A stretch of 56,917 nucleotides of DNA, the filler included, from Sphacelaria rigidula (Eukaryota): assembly GCA_964200075.2 (NCBI GenBank). It is 4 parts of 4 records of this genome, joined end to end, with 100 filler letters (N's around TTAATTAATTAA, not from the genome) between each part and the next. Parts side by side here need not be neighbours in the genome. Positions count along the whole stretch, not along the records: positions 28,516 to 42,669 come from CAXNAA020002426.1; positions 42,770 to 56,917 come from CAXNAA020002427.1; 2 more parts are not named here. One strand, 5' to 3'. This document shows, piece after piece, positions 37,501 to 47,859 of this stretch (position 1 is the stretch's first letter; each line of letters begins with the position of its first letter). The position numbers were made by a program, and so were the translations under genes. The notes beneath the pieces were generated by a model that worked only from the letters and a program-made list of their open reading frames with translations, was not told the DNA's origin and searched no databases.

Positions 37501-39980
37501 TGTTACCAGGTTAGTCTGCAGTTCACAGCGATATGCTCAAGTCGCGCTGATTTGGGAAACTTGAGAAGTTGTAGTGCGGAGAGAGAATATGGGATTAACT
37601 GCCGGCCCAGCTCGTACTGATTTGCGCTTTTGAAACATTTTTTCTTGTGAACGAATGCGCTAAAAAAAACACCAGAGACAGCGCCAAAAAAATTATCACT
37701 TGGTTTCAGAGCGCATCCACATTCGCCAATTCTTGCACCATGAAAAAATTGGTTCGGTATTCTACTTCTTCGGTCGCATTTGTGGTCGTTTCATATGCAC
37801 GGCAACGTACGTGGTTAGCCAACGTTTCAAATCGTCTATAGAAGAATAAGGTGGGGGGTACGCTCTCAGAAGGGACCACACGAACAGGTGTAGTGAGGTA
37901 TGGAAGCACTTACGGCGTGCGATGACAGAAGAGTGTGCCATCTGGACAATTGGATTGTACGTTGTGTTTGGCTGATGGCCAGCGTGTGGGTCAGGTTGTA
38001 CATTTGTGCGTTTGGCACCACAATTATCTATCGTGATCGCGCTTCCGTCGTTCTCTAATTTTTTCAAAGCATGTGCTCAACATAAGAAGAAACGTCCGAA
38101 ATCGCCGGCCTCTTGCTGATGGGGAGAGGAGTGGTCCAATGTGTAGCGGCAGACGATTTTCGGATAGAATTTTGTCAGCGTTCACGCCAGAGAACGTCAA
38201 TTTCTTCATCGAGGGGAAAACGATAAGGCGTGACCAAAGTCACACTTTTCTGGTCACAACGAGGTGGAAACAAATTAACCCCTTGACGGCGAGTATAGTT
38301 ATCTGTTGAATCGGCCAGTAGACCTAAAGAAATGTACGTAAACAATGGTCGGTACTCGATTTTACTTGATTTCAGACTGAAGAAAGTTCTGAGAAAAATT
38401 ATGATTTGGGGCAAGTGAGCAGTGGTGAGCAGTAGATCCAGCTTGTCCAGAACGTGTTTGGGTTCAAAATCGGCTCTAAGGCGTCGATTTGAGCATTGAC
38501 AACGCACACTTTGCTTAGGAAATACTGCGCACCGCCCTTGCCCGAGGGTTCTCGGTATGCCTTGGTCGGGGTTGGGGAGATGCCTTGTTTGGGCGAGGCA
38601 AACACATATACTACAACAAAGAATGGAAATAAGGCACACGAATGACGGCGCCAACTCCTATTAGTCGGGATACCGGGGTTTTCCTTTTGCCTTAGAGCTC
38701 CTTTTCGAAAAGGGGTTACCTGCTCAGGTGTTTTATGCCTGAGGTGGCTTACTCAACAAAGGCAAACACATTATACTACAACAACAATAGCAATACGTCA
38801 AGCTGATGACAACGCCCACTCCAATTATTCGGGTAACCGGAGTGATGGTCTATGGCGAGTCTATGGCAAGTCTGTGGCATTCCGAGCTATAAACTTCGGC
38901 ATTTCAGGCATGAATACGGGGTAAGGCATGCCGTAGCTGTTGCTTGAAGCCAACTATTTTGCCCGAGACGTTCCTGAAACGGTTTGCCTTAGACCCCCCT
39001 TCGGCACTCCCTACGTAGAAGTTAAGGCCTAGGTTAGCGTTAGGGTTAGCGGGATCTCCGTAGTACCAACCATTGTTTCCGTACATTTATTTAGGTCCTC
39101 TCGAATCGGCTTCAACTTCATTTCAAAAAGTGTGCATGATGCAGGTGGACTACCGTCGTGGTCATGGGGTTAAAAACCGTTTTGTACGAGACTAAAACGA
39201 AGATGAGTACGAATCCACCAGACACCCGGATGTCCTATATACCGACGCACCATATCAGCTACGTTAGTGGTGATCACGTGGGATAGCAAAAACACAGGAC
39301 TTATACAGTATAGCATCAGCGCAACGAGCAAAAAGCTTCTTGTTGGAGGTAGCAAGGTACTGTTCCGAAAGTTACGCCGCTGACTATAAAAAATAGAAAG
39401 AAGGTCTGCCGGTTTGAAAAAAAAAACGTACCTGGCGCTCGAACCCCTCGACCGCGAGCTCCAATAACTCCACAGACTCCTTTATTCTCCCCTTCCGCAT
39501 CTTAGCAAGTCCAAGCTGCAGAATTCTCCCCGGTGGCTCATCGGCATGTTCAACAGCTGGCACAACAATTGCCACACGCTCGTCCCCCACCCTGTCCATC
39601 GCTGCACCCTCCTCGGCCACCTCTTTTACCGCCGCTCCTGCTGGCTCAGTAGCTGCTCCTCCAGGCACCTTATGTTGCTTGCGTTTTGGCTGCGGAATCC
39701 TTCCCGGTGGCTCATTGGCATGGCCAATAGCTGCCACGGCCACCGACGCACGCCCCTTTCCCACCTCCTCAGCCACCGCGCCCGCTGGCACAGTAGTTGC
39801 TGCTCGTTGCACCTGGCGTTGTTTGTGTTGGTTCTCCTTATCGCCTGGGTTGGATGATGCAGCGTGTACCATGAACGCACCATCGTTGCTTTGTGCGTTT
39901 GTCGCGGCCGCGATGAGAAGCATGGCCGCGAGAGCTTGGACAAAGCGAAGCCGCCGCGGTGCATCGTGGTGCTTTGACAT
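31501..39980 (-). CDS. Signal-peptide-bearing TPR protein (kinesin-light-chain-type TPR)
   Basis: Exons 39980-39432 (549 nt), 34478-34281 (198 nt) and 32098-31811 (288 nt) are all phase 0 with GT-AG. The probable last exon is 31542-31501. Spliced: LQLGLAKMRKGRIKESVELLELAVEGFERQ|PETQPGNTDAALALRRLGMALWAVGKYERAVEVFRRATLANEAAFGNGSNEVSECLHGLGMTLVEQ|GQTAEGAATLIRALRCRAQHLG. N-terminal hydrophobic stretch FVQALAAMLLIAAATNA. Confidence 0.85.
33500..33586 (+). repeat. Retroposon 3' fragment with (CAAT)n tail; other copies at 31606-31672, 32950-33040, 36411-36512, 49101-49200 and 18100-18190 (-)
   Basis: CCACGGCTGGATCCCTGGGGGGTCAGTTAAAGTGCGACAACCAATCAATCAATC and diverged versions. Confidence 0.85.
35584..36192. 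mobile_element. Stowaway-like Tc1/mariner MITE
   Basis: TA|CTTCCTCTGTCACATAAGTTAGGATCGAATTT...AAATTCGGTCCTAACTTATGTGACAGAGGAAG|TA (31/32 TIR match). Resembles the plant Stowaway terminus CTCCCTCCGT. Confidence 0.92.
36691..37614. mobile_element. TA-flanked MITE, copy 2, with an internal tRNA-like A/B-box unit
   Basis: TA|CGAGCTGGGCCAGC...GCCGGCCCAGCTCG|TA. Internal ACCCCGGTGGTCAAACG...GAGTTCGAATCTCG at 37013-37072. Confidence 0.85.
38279..39169. mobile_element. piggyBac-like non-autonomous element
   Basis: TTAA|CCCCTTGAC...GTCATGGGG|TTAA. Subterminal inverted repeats GACCTAAAGAAATGTACGTAAACAATGGTCGGTAC (38321-38355) and GTACCAACCATTGTTTCCGTACATTTATTTAGGTC (39063-39097). Internal duplication at 38596/38760. 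Confidence 0.8.
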
Positions 39981-41423
39981 CGAAATGGGAGCTACTACTT
40001 GCAGTGGATGACTCTCCTACTGGAAGGCGATGCTACTGTACTGCTCCCTGTCGTATATGAGTAGGATGTGCCGCCGAATAATCCGTGTGTTTGATCAGAC
40101 AAAGCTAGCTGTAATCCCACGCTACCCTAACCATGAAAAATGTTTCAGCGCGGCGTGCTTGCGGAGCGGAAGAAATCCTTCCTCAGGCGAAGAATAGTTC
40201 GTCTTTCTGTGCGACAAGCTTGGGTACTCCTGCGTTGCTCTATGAGGACGGGGCACCGGAGTTAGTGCTCAGCACAGACTTGCTTTGTGATTTTCATATT
40301 CGCATCGGTCCGATGCTTCATGCCCGCGGTCGTGAAATGCGCTGAAAATTCGAACATTCAAAAAGAGCGCAATCGGGAATACCAAAAGTCAAGCATAATG
40401 TATAATACATCATACATTTGAGGAAATTGAGGAAATAAAATTTATATGAAGGCGTCCCGCACATTCTCCACCTCCTTGTTTATGGGAAATTCCATTTGTC
40501 GACACACCATCCATATTGGAACATGACTACCGTTAGCCACGGGGACGAGACAAAAGCCCCCGCATTCAGGGTTGCACGCCCAAGGAGTGCCTGTTGTTTG
40601 TGCTGTGTGCGAGCAGCTGAAAAGGCTATTCCCAACAAATATTACAATAAGATCAATATGTGGGAACCTGGACCTTTTCCCAAGGAGGCACTGCAGCGTG
40701 TGAGAAATCTTGAGGGCAACAGGCGAGTCACGACTATGTAATGCACTTGACTGTCAAGTGTAGCAACTGCTTCTACGGGCGAGTACCAATGCGCAAGTAT
40801 CTTAATGACGAGGCAATGGCTTCGTTTCATGTGCGCTGCTGGTAATGCTCGTGCCGTTGTAAGAAGTTCTTCTGCTGCAGTGTTGGTAGGTTGATTCATC
40901 TGCATACTCGTCATCGTTGCCGGATGGATTCGAGGCTGCCTAAGCGGAGTCTTCCGTCCGTTCCACATTTCGGAACATTTTCCCGCACTTTACCCTGGCG
41001 GAGCGATGTGGCAGAGCGAGCGAGTCGCCAGCTGGGACGCCAGCTTGGACGGTTGCTTCACTACTTTAATGCTTCGACTGCGACTGCTTCACCCCCTGCA
41101 TGAGTCCCGCAGCTCATCGAAAACTTACCTGCATTTCCCAGGGTGTTCTGTTACTGTTCCTACAGAGAACACGACCACGTTGTATTTCGTGGATTGTGCA
41201 GGCGCCGCTGTGGTCGGAGACCCCGCCCGCTACTGTACTGCGTTGAACCTCTTCTCGTGAGATTTGACGTACAATACACACGAGACTTGGTCATATTTTC
41301 CACAAAGACCTGCTATAAAGTATCGGGGATAAATGTGCGCTTGTATGGAACGGAGTTTAGAGTATCCCCCTGTTGTTCCAACCTTCCGGCGTTTGTTTCC
41401 TGCTTGAGGTCACTTGCTGCCGT

Positions 41424-41700
41424 GCCCCGGTAGTCAAAGCGAATCGTAGTCGGCCGGTTTGGACGGAGTAAAAGTAGTGGGTTCGCATTCCGACAGTACG
41501 AACATTGGATTATTCCACTGGTGTTCGCTTCCCGTTGTGAAAGCGTGAGAACGTGAGTTGACAAAAAAATCGATGAAAGTCGACGGGCTGCGGGGGCAAG
41601 TGCTGATAGTCGACATGACATTGAAAAACTACCTGCCAAGAGGGTAAACTATGGAATCGTCCCGAAGAAAGAAGGGGGATCGATAAGGTGTGGCGAAGAA
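41424..41700 (+). mobile_element. tRNA-headed SINE-like element, related to 52030-52320 (-)
   Basis: Head GCCCCGGTAGTCAAAGCG...GGGTTCGCATTCC. The body motif GAAAGCGTGAGAACGTGAGT is shared with the reverse complement of 52195-52214. Confidence 0.6.
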
Positions 41701-41719
41701 GAAAGGGTTCACTGAACAT

Positions 41720-42255
41720 ATTATCTTCGAAATTGAGGTTGAACATTAATCCTGTTGGAACCCATTGGCGATTTTGTTTTTGTGAATCGGCATTATTTTG
41801 ACTTGAAAATGACTGAAAATGATGCCGATTCATGAAATCAAAAATCGCCGATGGGTTCCAAAAGGGTTAAAATGAATATTTACTGCAAAACCGTGCTTTT
41901 CGTGACGTAAAGTCATTACAAAAATGTTTCATACGGACGAGCTCATGTCCCCCGACCTCCCTAAAACTATGTTCTCGGGTTTTGCCGTCTTCTGTACCCT
42001 CAAAGGGTGTGTGCGAAAACACCATTTGTGGGCTGAAAGCGTCCCTTTTTTCATCCCGAAATCGAGGCAAAAATATGTTTTCGAACGTATCCTGTGGGGG
42101 AAGAGAAGACGGGAAATCCTTGAAAACAGTTTTGGGAGGTCGGGGGGGCATGAAGCCGTCCGTATGAAGGTCGTTTGTTATGACTTTAGCTCGGCGACAG
42201 CACTGTTTTGGGATTGAAATATATTCAAATGTTTAACCTCATGTTTGAAGATAAT
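41720..42255. mobile_element. Foldback/long-TIR MITE with nested piggyBac-like MITE
   Basis: The left arm TTATCTTCGAAATTGAGGTTGAACA[insert]...AAAGTCAT...TTCATACGGACG...CCCCCGACCTCCC mirrors the right arm GGGAGGTCGGGGG...CGTCCGTATGAA...ATGACTTT...TGTTTAACCTCATGTTTGAAGATAA. Confidence 0.78.
41750..41866. mobile_element. 117-bp hairpin piggyBac-like MITE
   Basis: TTAA|TCCTGTTGGAACCCATTGGCGATTTT...AAAATCGCCGATGGGTTCCAAAAGGG|TTAA. The core GAATCGGCAT...ATGCCGATTC also occurs at 30588-30647. Confidence 0.82.
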
Positions 42256-42669
42256 CTATTTGCTCATTGATGGAGGCATAATCCGTGTTCATGCAACTCT
42301 GGATTTCCAAGTACTCCCGAGTACTCTGGGGTGATTGGTGCTTTGGAAAAATCAGCACTTTGGTACTCTGCAGAATATTCAGTTTCGCCGATTCCCATGA
42401 TAACACGGAAGGCGGATCTATGCCCTTATTGAAAACCAAGTAATTACTCGATCTCCGTTGTAAATTGGTATCGGAGTATGGCGTTTCTCCATCACCCGAA
42501 TACTCCTGCAAAAACCTTCACCCTCGCCCCCCCCTTCCCCCCCCCAATAGCAATAGCTCCGTCTCGAAAGGGATGCGTGGTCAATAGTCAAACGACTAAG
42601 GCAAGCAACAAATGAGTACGCCCCCCCCCCCCAATAGCAATAGAAGCAGCAAAGCAAGGGGTTCAGGTG

Positions 42670-42769
42670 NNNNNNNNNNNNNNNNNNNNNNNNNNNNNNN
42701 NNNNNNNNNNNNNTTAATTAATTAANNNNNNNNNNNNNNNNNNNNNNNNNNNNNNNNNNNNNNNNNNNN
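42670..42769. other. Assembly gap linker
   Basis: N44-TTAATTAATTAA-N44. Confidence 0.97.
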
Positions 42770-44134
42770 GGGAGTCCCTCGAACAAGCATATTGACGCTG
42801 TCATTCTAGCGCTGGCTAGCGTCACAGCTCTCTACAGTGGTGCGCGGTCCAACTTTTTTGGGGGGTTTGGGGGTTTCCCTCGCGTAATACCCTCCGATGG
42901 AACTTGAAATTTCCAACGTAGGTGGATTTTGGCACAAAAAACAAGTCATCCTCGAAACACAGGGCCCAAGTTAGTGTTAGTTGGTGCTGTCGGGCGATAC
43001 GAGTAGATGCTCCGTTCGTCGGGAGGGTGCTGTTGACCGTGAAACACTGTTTTTCGGGTCTAGTGCAATAAGTAGATAGAATTTCAAAAAAATGAAAATG
43101 TTCTATTCTTCCATGAATTTGATCGGGACAAGCGCGATTGGCCGATGATACCGAAGAGGAAGAATCCGGGCTGAAACGTGGCAGGACCCCCCGATGACCG
43201 GTCAGCCCGTAAGTCACTCAATACTGTGTACAGAAGTTTTTTTTCTTGGAATGTGGAGCGGATACAAATATCTTCAGATCCCCAATGTGACAAGCGGTGA
43301 CAAGCGAGAAGACCCCACGAAAAAATCACAAAATGCCATAAAATGGTTAGTTAGACCGCCCACTACTGTAGCAACTATTTTCGTGTAGTATTTCGTCGCG
43401 GACTTCATATCGTGAGATGATTTGCAAACAACAGGGGCAAATCGTCAACCGTTTGTTTTTTCAGTAACTGGGCCTTCCTTCGCATTTCTCTCGCATCAAA
43501 TTCCCCCCAGCCTGTCGAATGTACAACGGCACAGGCGCGCACTAAATGCCTGGGATGCCCGGTATCTCTTCGCGGAGGAATTTCTCACCACGGACGACGT
43601 CACCCTGAGGGCGGGGGGCAAGGATCGACTGTTCAGTCGAATGTATTACTCGTTAAGGGAAAGTTCTCGGAAATTAATTGTAAAATGCCGATACGGTTCA
43701 AAATGACCACAATTTACCACGTCGAGCCCCCCGCCGTGGTTGCCTCGATACTCAGTGACGCGTGGTACTACGAACCCCTGCCATTTTCTCCCGAGCGGCG
43801 CACGCGCCCGGCCCAAATGGTTTCCACGGCGATGCAAAAGCGTGTTCGCGGCGAGCTCCTGCTGGCATCACAAGAATCACGGCTCATTTCTCACCGACTA
43901 CATCGGCAGCAACGGTATGTCAACGGCGTCCAAGGCAAAGTCAACCCTCAGCTCAAACGTACAGGAAAACTTCGTAGTTCCTCCGCATATATTGCGAACC
44001 TCAACCAACTCCCCGAAAACGCCTGCACCAACACCGATACTCACACACGCAGCAAGAGAAGATGAAGAAGAAAAAAACCAACAGTTTCATTCATGTATTT
44101 TTCTGAAATAAAGCTACCACAACAAATGATCTTG

Positions 44135-45934
44135 CTAGTGCACGGCCTTCCGCACGTTGTCGAGCGCCTCTTTCTCCGCCTCCAAGCCGTAGTCGCGTCG
44201 CTTTCTGCACTCTTCGAAAGCGTCCAACATGCGCGAGAATTTTTCATCGGCCTGAGCGTACTCCATGCACTGCCTGCTCTTGGTGCAAGATTCGAACCTC
44301 AGGAACGCAGCACATTCCCTGTCCTTTGGGTTGATCGGACCCGTCATTTGCTGCTGCTCATGAGGCGGTCAACCAGGAGCACGAATCCAACAGGGGCAAT
44401 CGTAAAAGGGGCGACAAACAAAAAAAAAAGTCGATGAAGTGCGTAGTGCAGTGGGTGGGTGGGAGACGAGGCGGGAGGAACGGACGGCACACTTCTGTTT
44501 TTTTCGAAGGGTTCGAGGCGTGCCCAGTAATGTGCAAAAACTGGACAGGTGTGGATCAAACGTGAAAGGTACATCCGAAATAGGCACGTAGTGTATGCCT
44601 GTTCGGTGTGCACCCGCATTTGTGTGTGCTAACGTCTACCCTTGGAACAAATGGGATTTCCCCAGGTTTACAAGCTAGTGAGTCGCGGCGGGAGAGAGCG
44701 GCGAAATAGACCACGGGCGAAACGACCGTGACTTTTCTGTACCTGGTGATGGAAAGTTGATTTGCAATTGATGGTTTTTGAACAAGGTGTGGTTGATTAC
44801 TCAACTCACAGCTACTCTCCATCTGATTATACAGTCCATCAAAACGGTACTTCACTCATTTACAGTTGCTGATACACGGATGTGCCGAGTCGGAGCCCGG
44901 AACCCCTTGCTGCTTTTTGAACAGCGAGTTTAGTTGGGTGCTTGTGGATTTGTGTTGATGCATACAATGAATTTGACACACCTCACCCGTTGCGAGGTAG
45001 TACTGGATAAAGTCTACTCGATGTCTCCGGGGGGGGAGCATTTTTCCTGCACTCATTGCTCGTGCTTCTGGCCTCTTCTTCGGTCTTCCACAGTAAGAAT
45101 AGTTGCCGTCCGTCATTTATGTCAAGATAATTTTTTCTTTGTCAGAGCTCGACAAAATGAGGCGTCTGGCCCGAGGACGGGAGGGAAGGGTTCCCGGTTT
45201 CCCAAAAGGTGAAACACGGCTTATCGGCATTGCCATCACTTCAGCGGGAGTATATGATACCAGATGCTCAGATGACTGGTGTCTCTGTAGATTCCTCCAA
45301 AACAAGGCTAGCATCATAGAACTACATGCTACATTCCTCGCGTTGACTGTGTCTACTTTCGTTACACTACAATACGTTTAACGACAAACCACGATCATAT
45401 CCTCCCGCGTAGCTCTTCGATTTTTTGTCACAATACCGTCGTGTCTACTCTTCGGCGTGACCTGAAAACCATTCCTGCTTTTGCTGAACAGGAATGGCAG
45501 AGATACGATAAAGTTTCAAATTCGAACGACAGAAAAACTGTCGTCATAAAAATAGAGCAAGGCAGCCAGCCTACTCCTGCGTGGCTCTCGACGCTAACAC
45601 ACCCGAAAGCGACCAAAGAAGACAGCACATGATGCCTAGGCGATAATCGTGCGCACTTGTAGCATATATTGTCAAATCGACCACAACGCACAAACCGACG
45701 AGAACTCCAAAGCAACCCCGCAAAACGAAAACGCTACGTAGAGTACGACTTTTCACCTCCGCGCGACTCCTGACGCTGTCCATCATGCCAGCAGCGGCAC
45801 CGGCCGTGAGACCGACCACCACCATGCCGCTCAGCCCAACGGCAGTTATCGGTCGACCGCGGATGATCTTGTATGCTCCATATGTGGCTGCACTCAAAAA
45901 GCTGCCGCCTAGTCCCGTCGTGGTCATGTTGGTC
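44135..45934 (-). CDS. Small hypothetical membrane protein (two Gly-rich hydrophobic segments, charged Cys-containing tail); 5' exon(s) not resolved
   Basis: Exon 45934-45757 (TTTTTGCAG acceptor, GTGAAA donor) TNMTTTGLGGSFLSAATYGAYKIIRGRPITAVGLSGMVVVGLTAGAAAGMMDSVRSRAE joins in phase 0 to 44350-44135 QMTGPINPKDRECAAFLRFESC...VRKAVH*. Confidence 0.7.
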
Positions 45935-46528
45935 CTGCAAAAAGCAGCACAAAGGTTTCGACGGTTTGTGCAGGTTAAGCCACAGACTACAGATGAGGGA
46001 GGGGCGCGGTAGGGCAACACATGCGAACTCGGTGCCGAACGCAGACGACAAAAATTCGAGTAAAGAAAACATATCTACGCACCCGATCGTAGGGGTAGTC
46101 AGCAGTCTTGAGAATTGGTTCTGCCTCGAACGGAAATCAACCTTTCACGGTTAGGACAAATCATCACGACTACGAATCATCAAATCCACGATTTCTTCGG
46201 CCTGATTGCCCAAAAGGGAGAAAAAAGTTGATCGCTGGTTCAAGGGGGTAACCACGCAACTTTTACGCCATTCCGTGTGTCTGGGCTGCGTGTACCTGGG
46301 TTACAACGCTGAAAACAAAGCCTAGGGATGGATTCGTACGAGTCGAATCAGTAATACTAAAACCAAGTGATTTCCAGACGAATCCTTTTTTTTCTGACCC
46401 TTGCAACCTTTCGGGGTCACCGCCGCGCCCCCGTTGGTCTTATTATGGCTTGGGTAGCAAGTAGTCTCGAAAGATGGTTCTCCCTCGAGCTTAAATCAAT
46501 TATTCAGGGTTGCTACAACGCTCCGGAG

Positions 46529-46778
46529 TGATGCTACGATACGGGGGAGGAGGGGTGATTCCACGAAAATCAGGGGCTCGAAGGTGTGTCAAATGACTCA
46601 ATTATTCACGGTGCGTTCGAGTCGGTGTGATGGAACCGTGTCAAGTGGCACCAATGGGCGTGCCTTATTGAAAACAGGCGCGTTCGAGGAAACGCTGTTG
46701 CTTTTCACCGGCGATTTTGAGGTGGAATTTTGTGGAAAGAATGACCCAAAACGCCCCCCCCCCCCGCACGTAGCATCA
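46529..46778. mobile_element. Short MITE with TGATGCTACG TIR and G/C-run subtermini
   Basis: TGATGCTACGATACGGGGG...CCCCCCGCACGTAGCATCA. Confidence 0.65.
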
Positions 46779-47615
46779 ATCGCCGGTGGTGTAAATTACG
46801 ACGATCCAATTGACACCATTAGGGTGCACAGAACGCGGGTTCAACCCTCGCAAGATGCGTTTGTTCTTTTGCTTCTCAAGAATCTGATTAACGAACTCGT
46901 TGAAAGCATGTTTGTCACGGGATCTTATTACGTATTAGTGAGAGAACGTTGAATACACCGAAGGGATCTCATGCGGTACAATGTCTTCTTCAAGTACATG
47001 ATTATCCCCAAACATCAAAGTACCGTGGTGGATTTTCACTACCGCCAAGTAGTACCCCACGCGTTACGAGCCGTTAACGCGGAACAACAAGTGGAGAGGA
47101 TAATAAGATGACACTGAAGTCCCGGCGGGTACAGCATTTGTGGGACCCGAACACCCATCACCCAGCGGTGCTGCGACCCAGCAGTACTACCGGGACAGAG
47201 CAGTGGACTCCCGTGTAGTTTTGAAAAAAAAACTAAAAACCGTATGGTGCTGTCCACGGTGTGAAGTACTGATCCGCCCGCCCCGACTTCATACAGATAA
47301 CAGTCGAGACTGACTACAATGACAGAGGGTGTAACATCTATAGGATGTTGCCCTAGGTTCTACAATAGTACAACAGTATGAACAACGAGATTCGCATATT
47401 ATAAGTGAGGGGAGACAACACGCAGCACGCGCTTATTTTTTGGCTCAGAAATCAGCAGTCGGCGACTTAAACTCTGTCGTCAAACTCTGCCTAGAAGACC
47501 TCGAATCTCCTTTTACCGAGGGATTTTTAGGCTGCGTGGGATCGGGGTTCGCGATACCGGGATCAGTTAGGGTGAGTAGCCATTCCACGATCTTGCCAAC
47601 CATGGGACTATTTCA

Positions 47616-47859
47616 AGGCTGTGTTCTGTAGGATATACCTGGAATTGGGGGATTTTTGGTTGGTACACTACTTCATCCCAAAATTTGTACCCAACATCCC
47701 GGTATGATTCGACAGAGTGTCGAGCCCTGCTCCGGGCACTCGGGTATGGCCTGGAAGGACTGTCGCCGATAAAACACATACTTTATACTGAAAAAAATGA
47801 AGACCGGAATTATTGTAAAGACCCGAATTTCAGCCGGTACACCCTACAAAACACAAATT
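47616..47859. mobile_element. Short MITE related to the 53.6/54.9-kb family
   Basis: AGGCTGTGTTCTGTAGGATATACC...GGTACACCCTACAAAACACAA. Confidence 0.65.

Noticed and set aside
43422..44111. Overlapping plus-strand ORFs
   Set aside because: No recognisable motifs. They probably lie antisense to the 3' UTR of the 44-46 kb gene.
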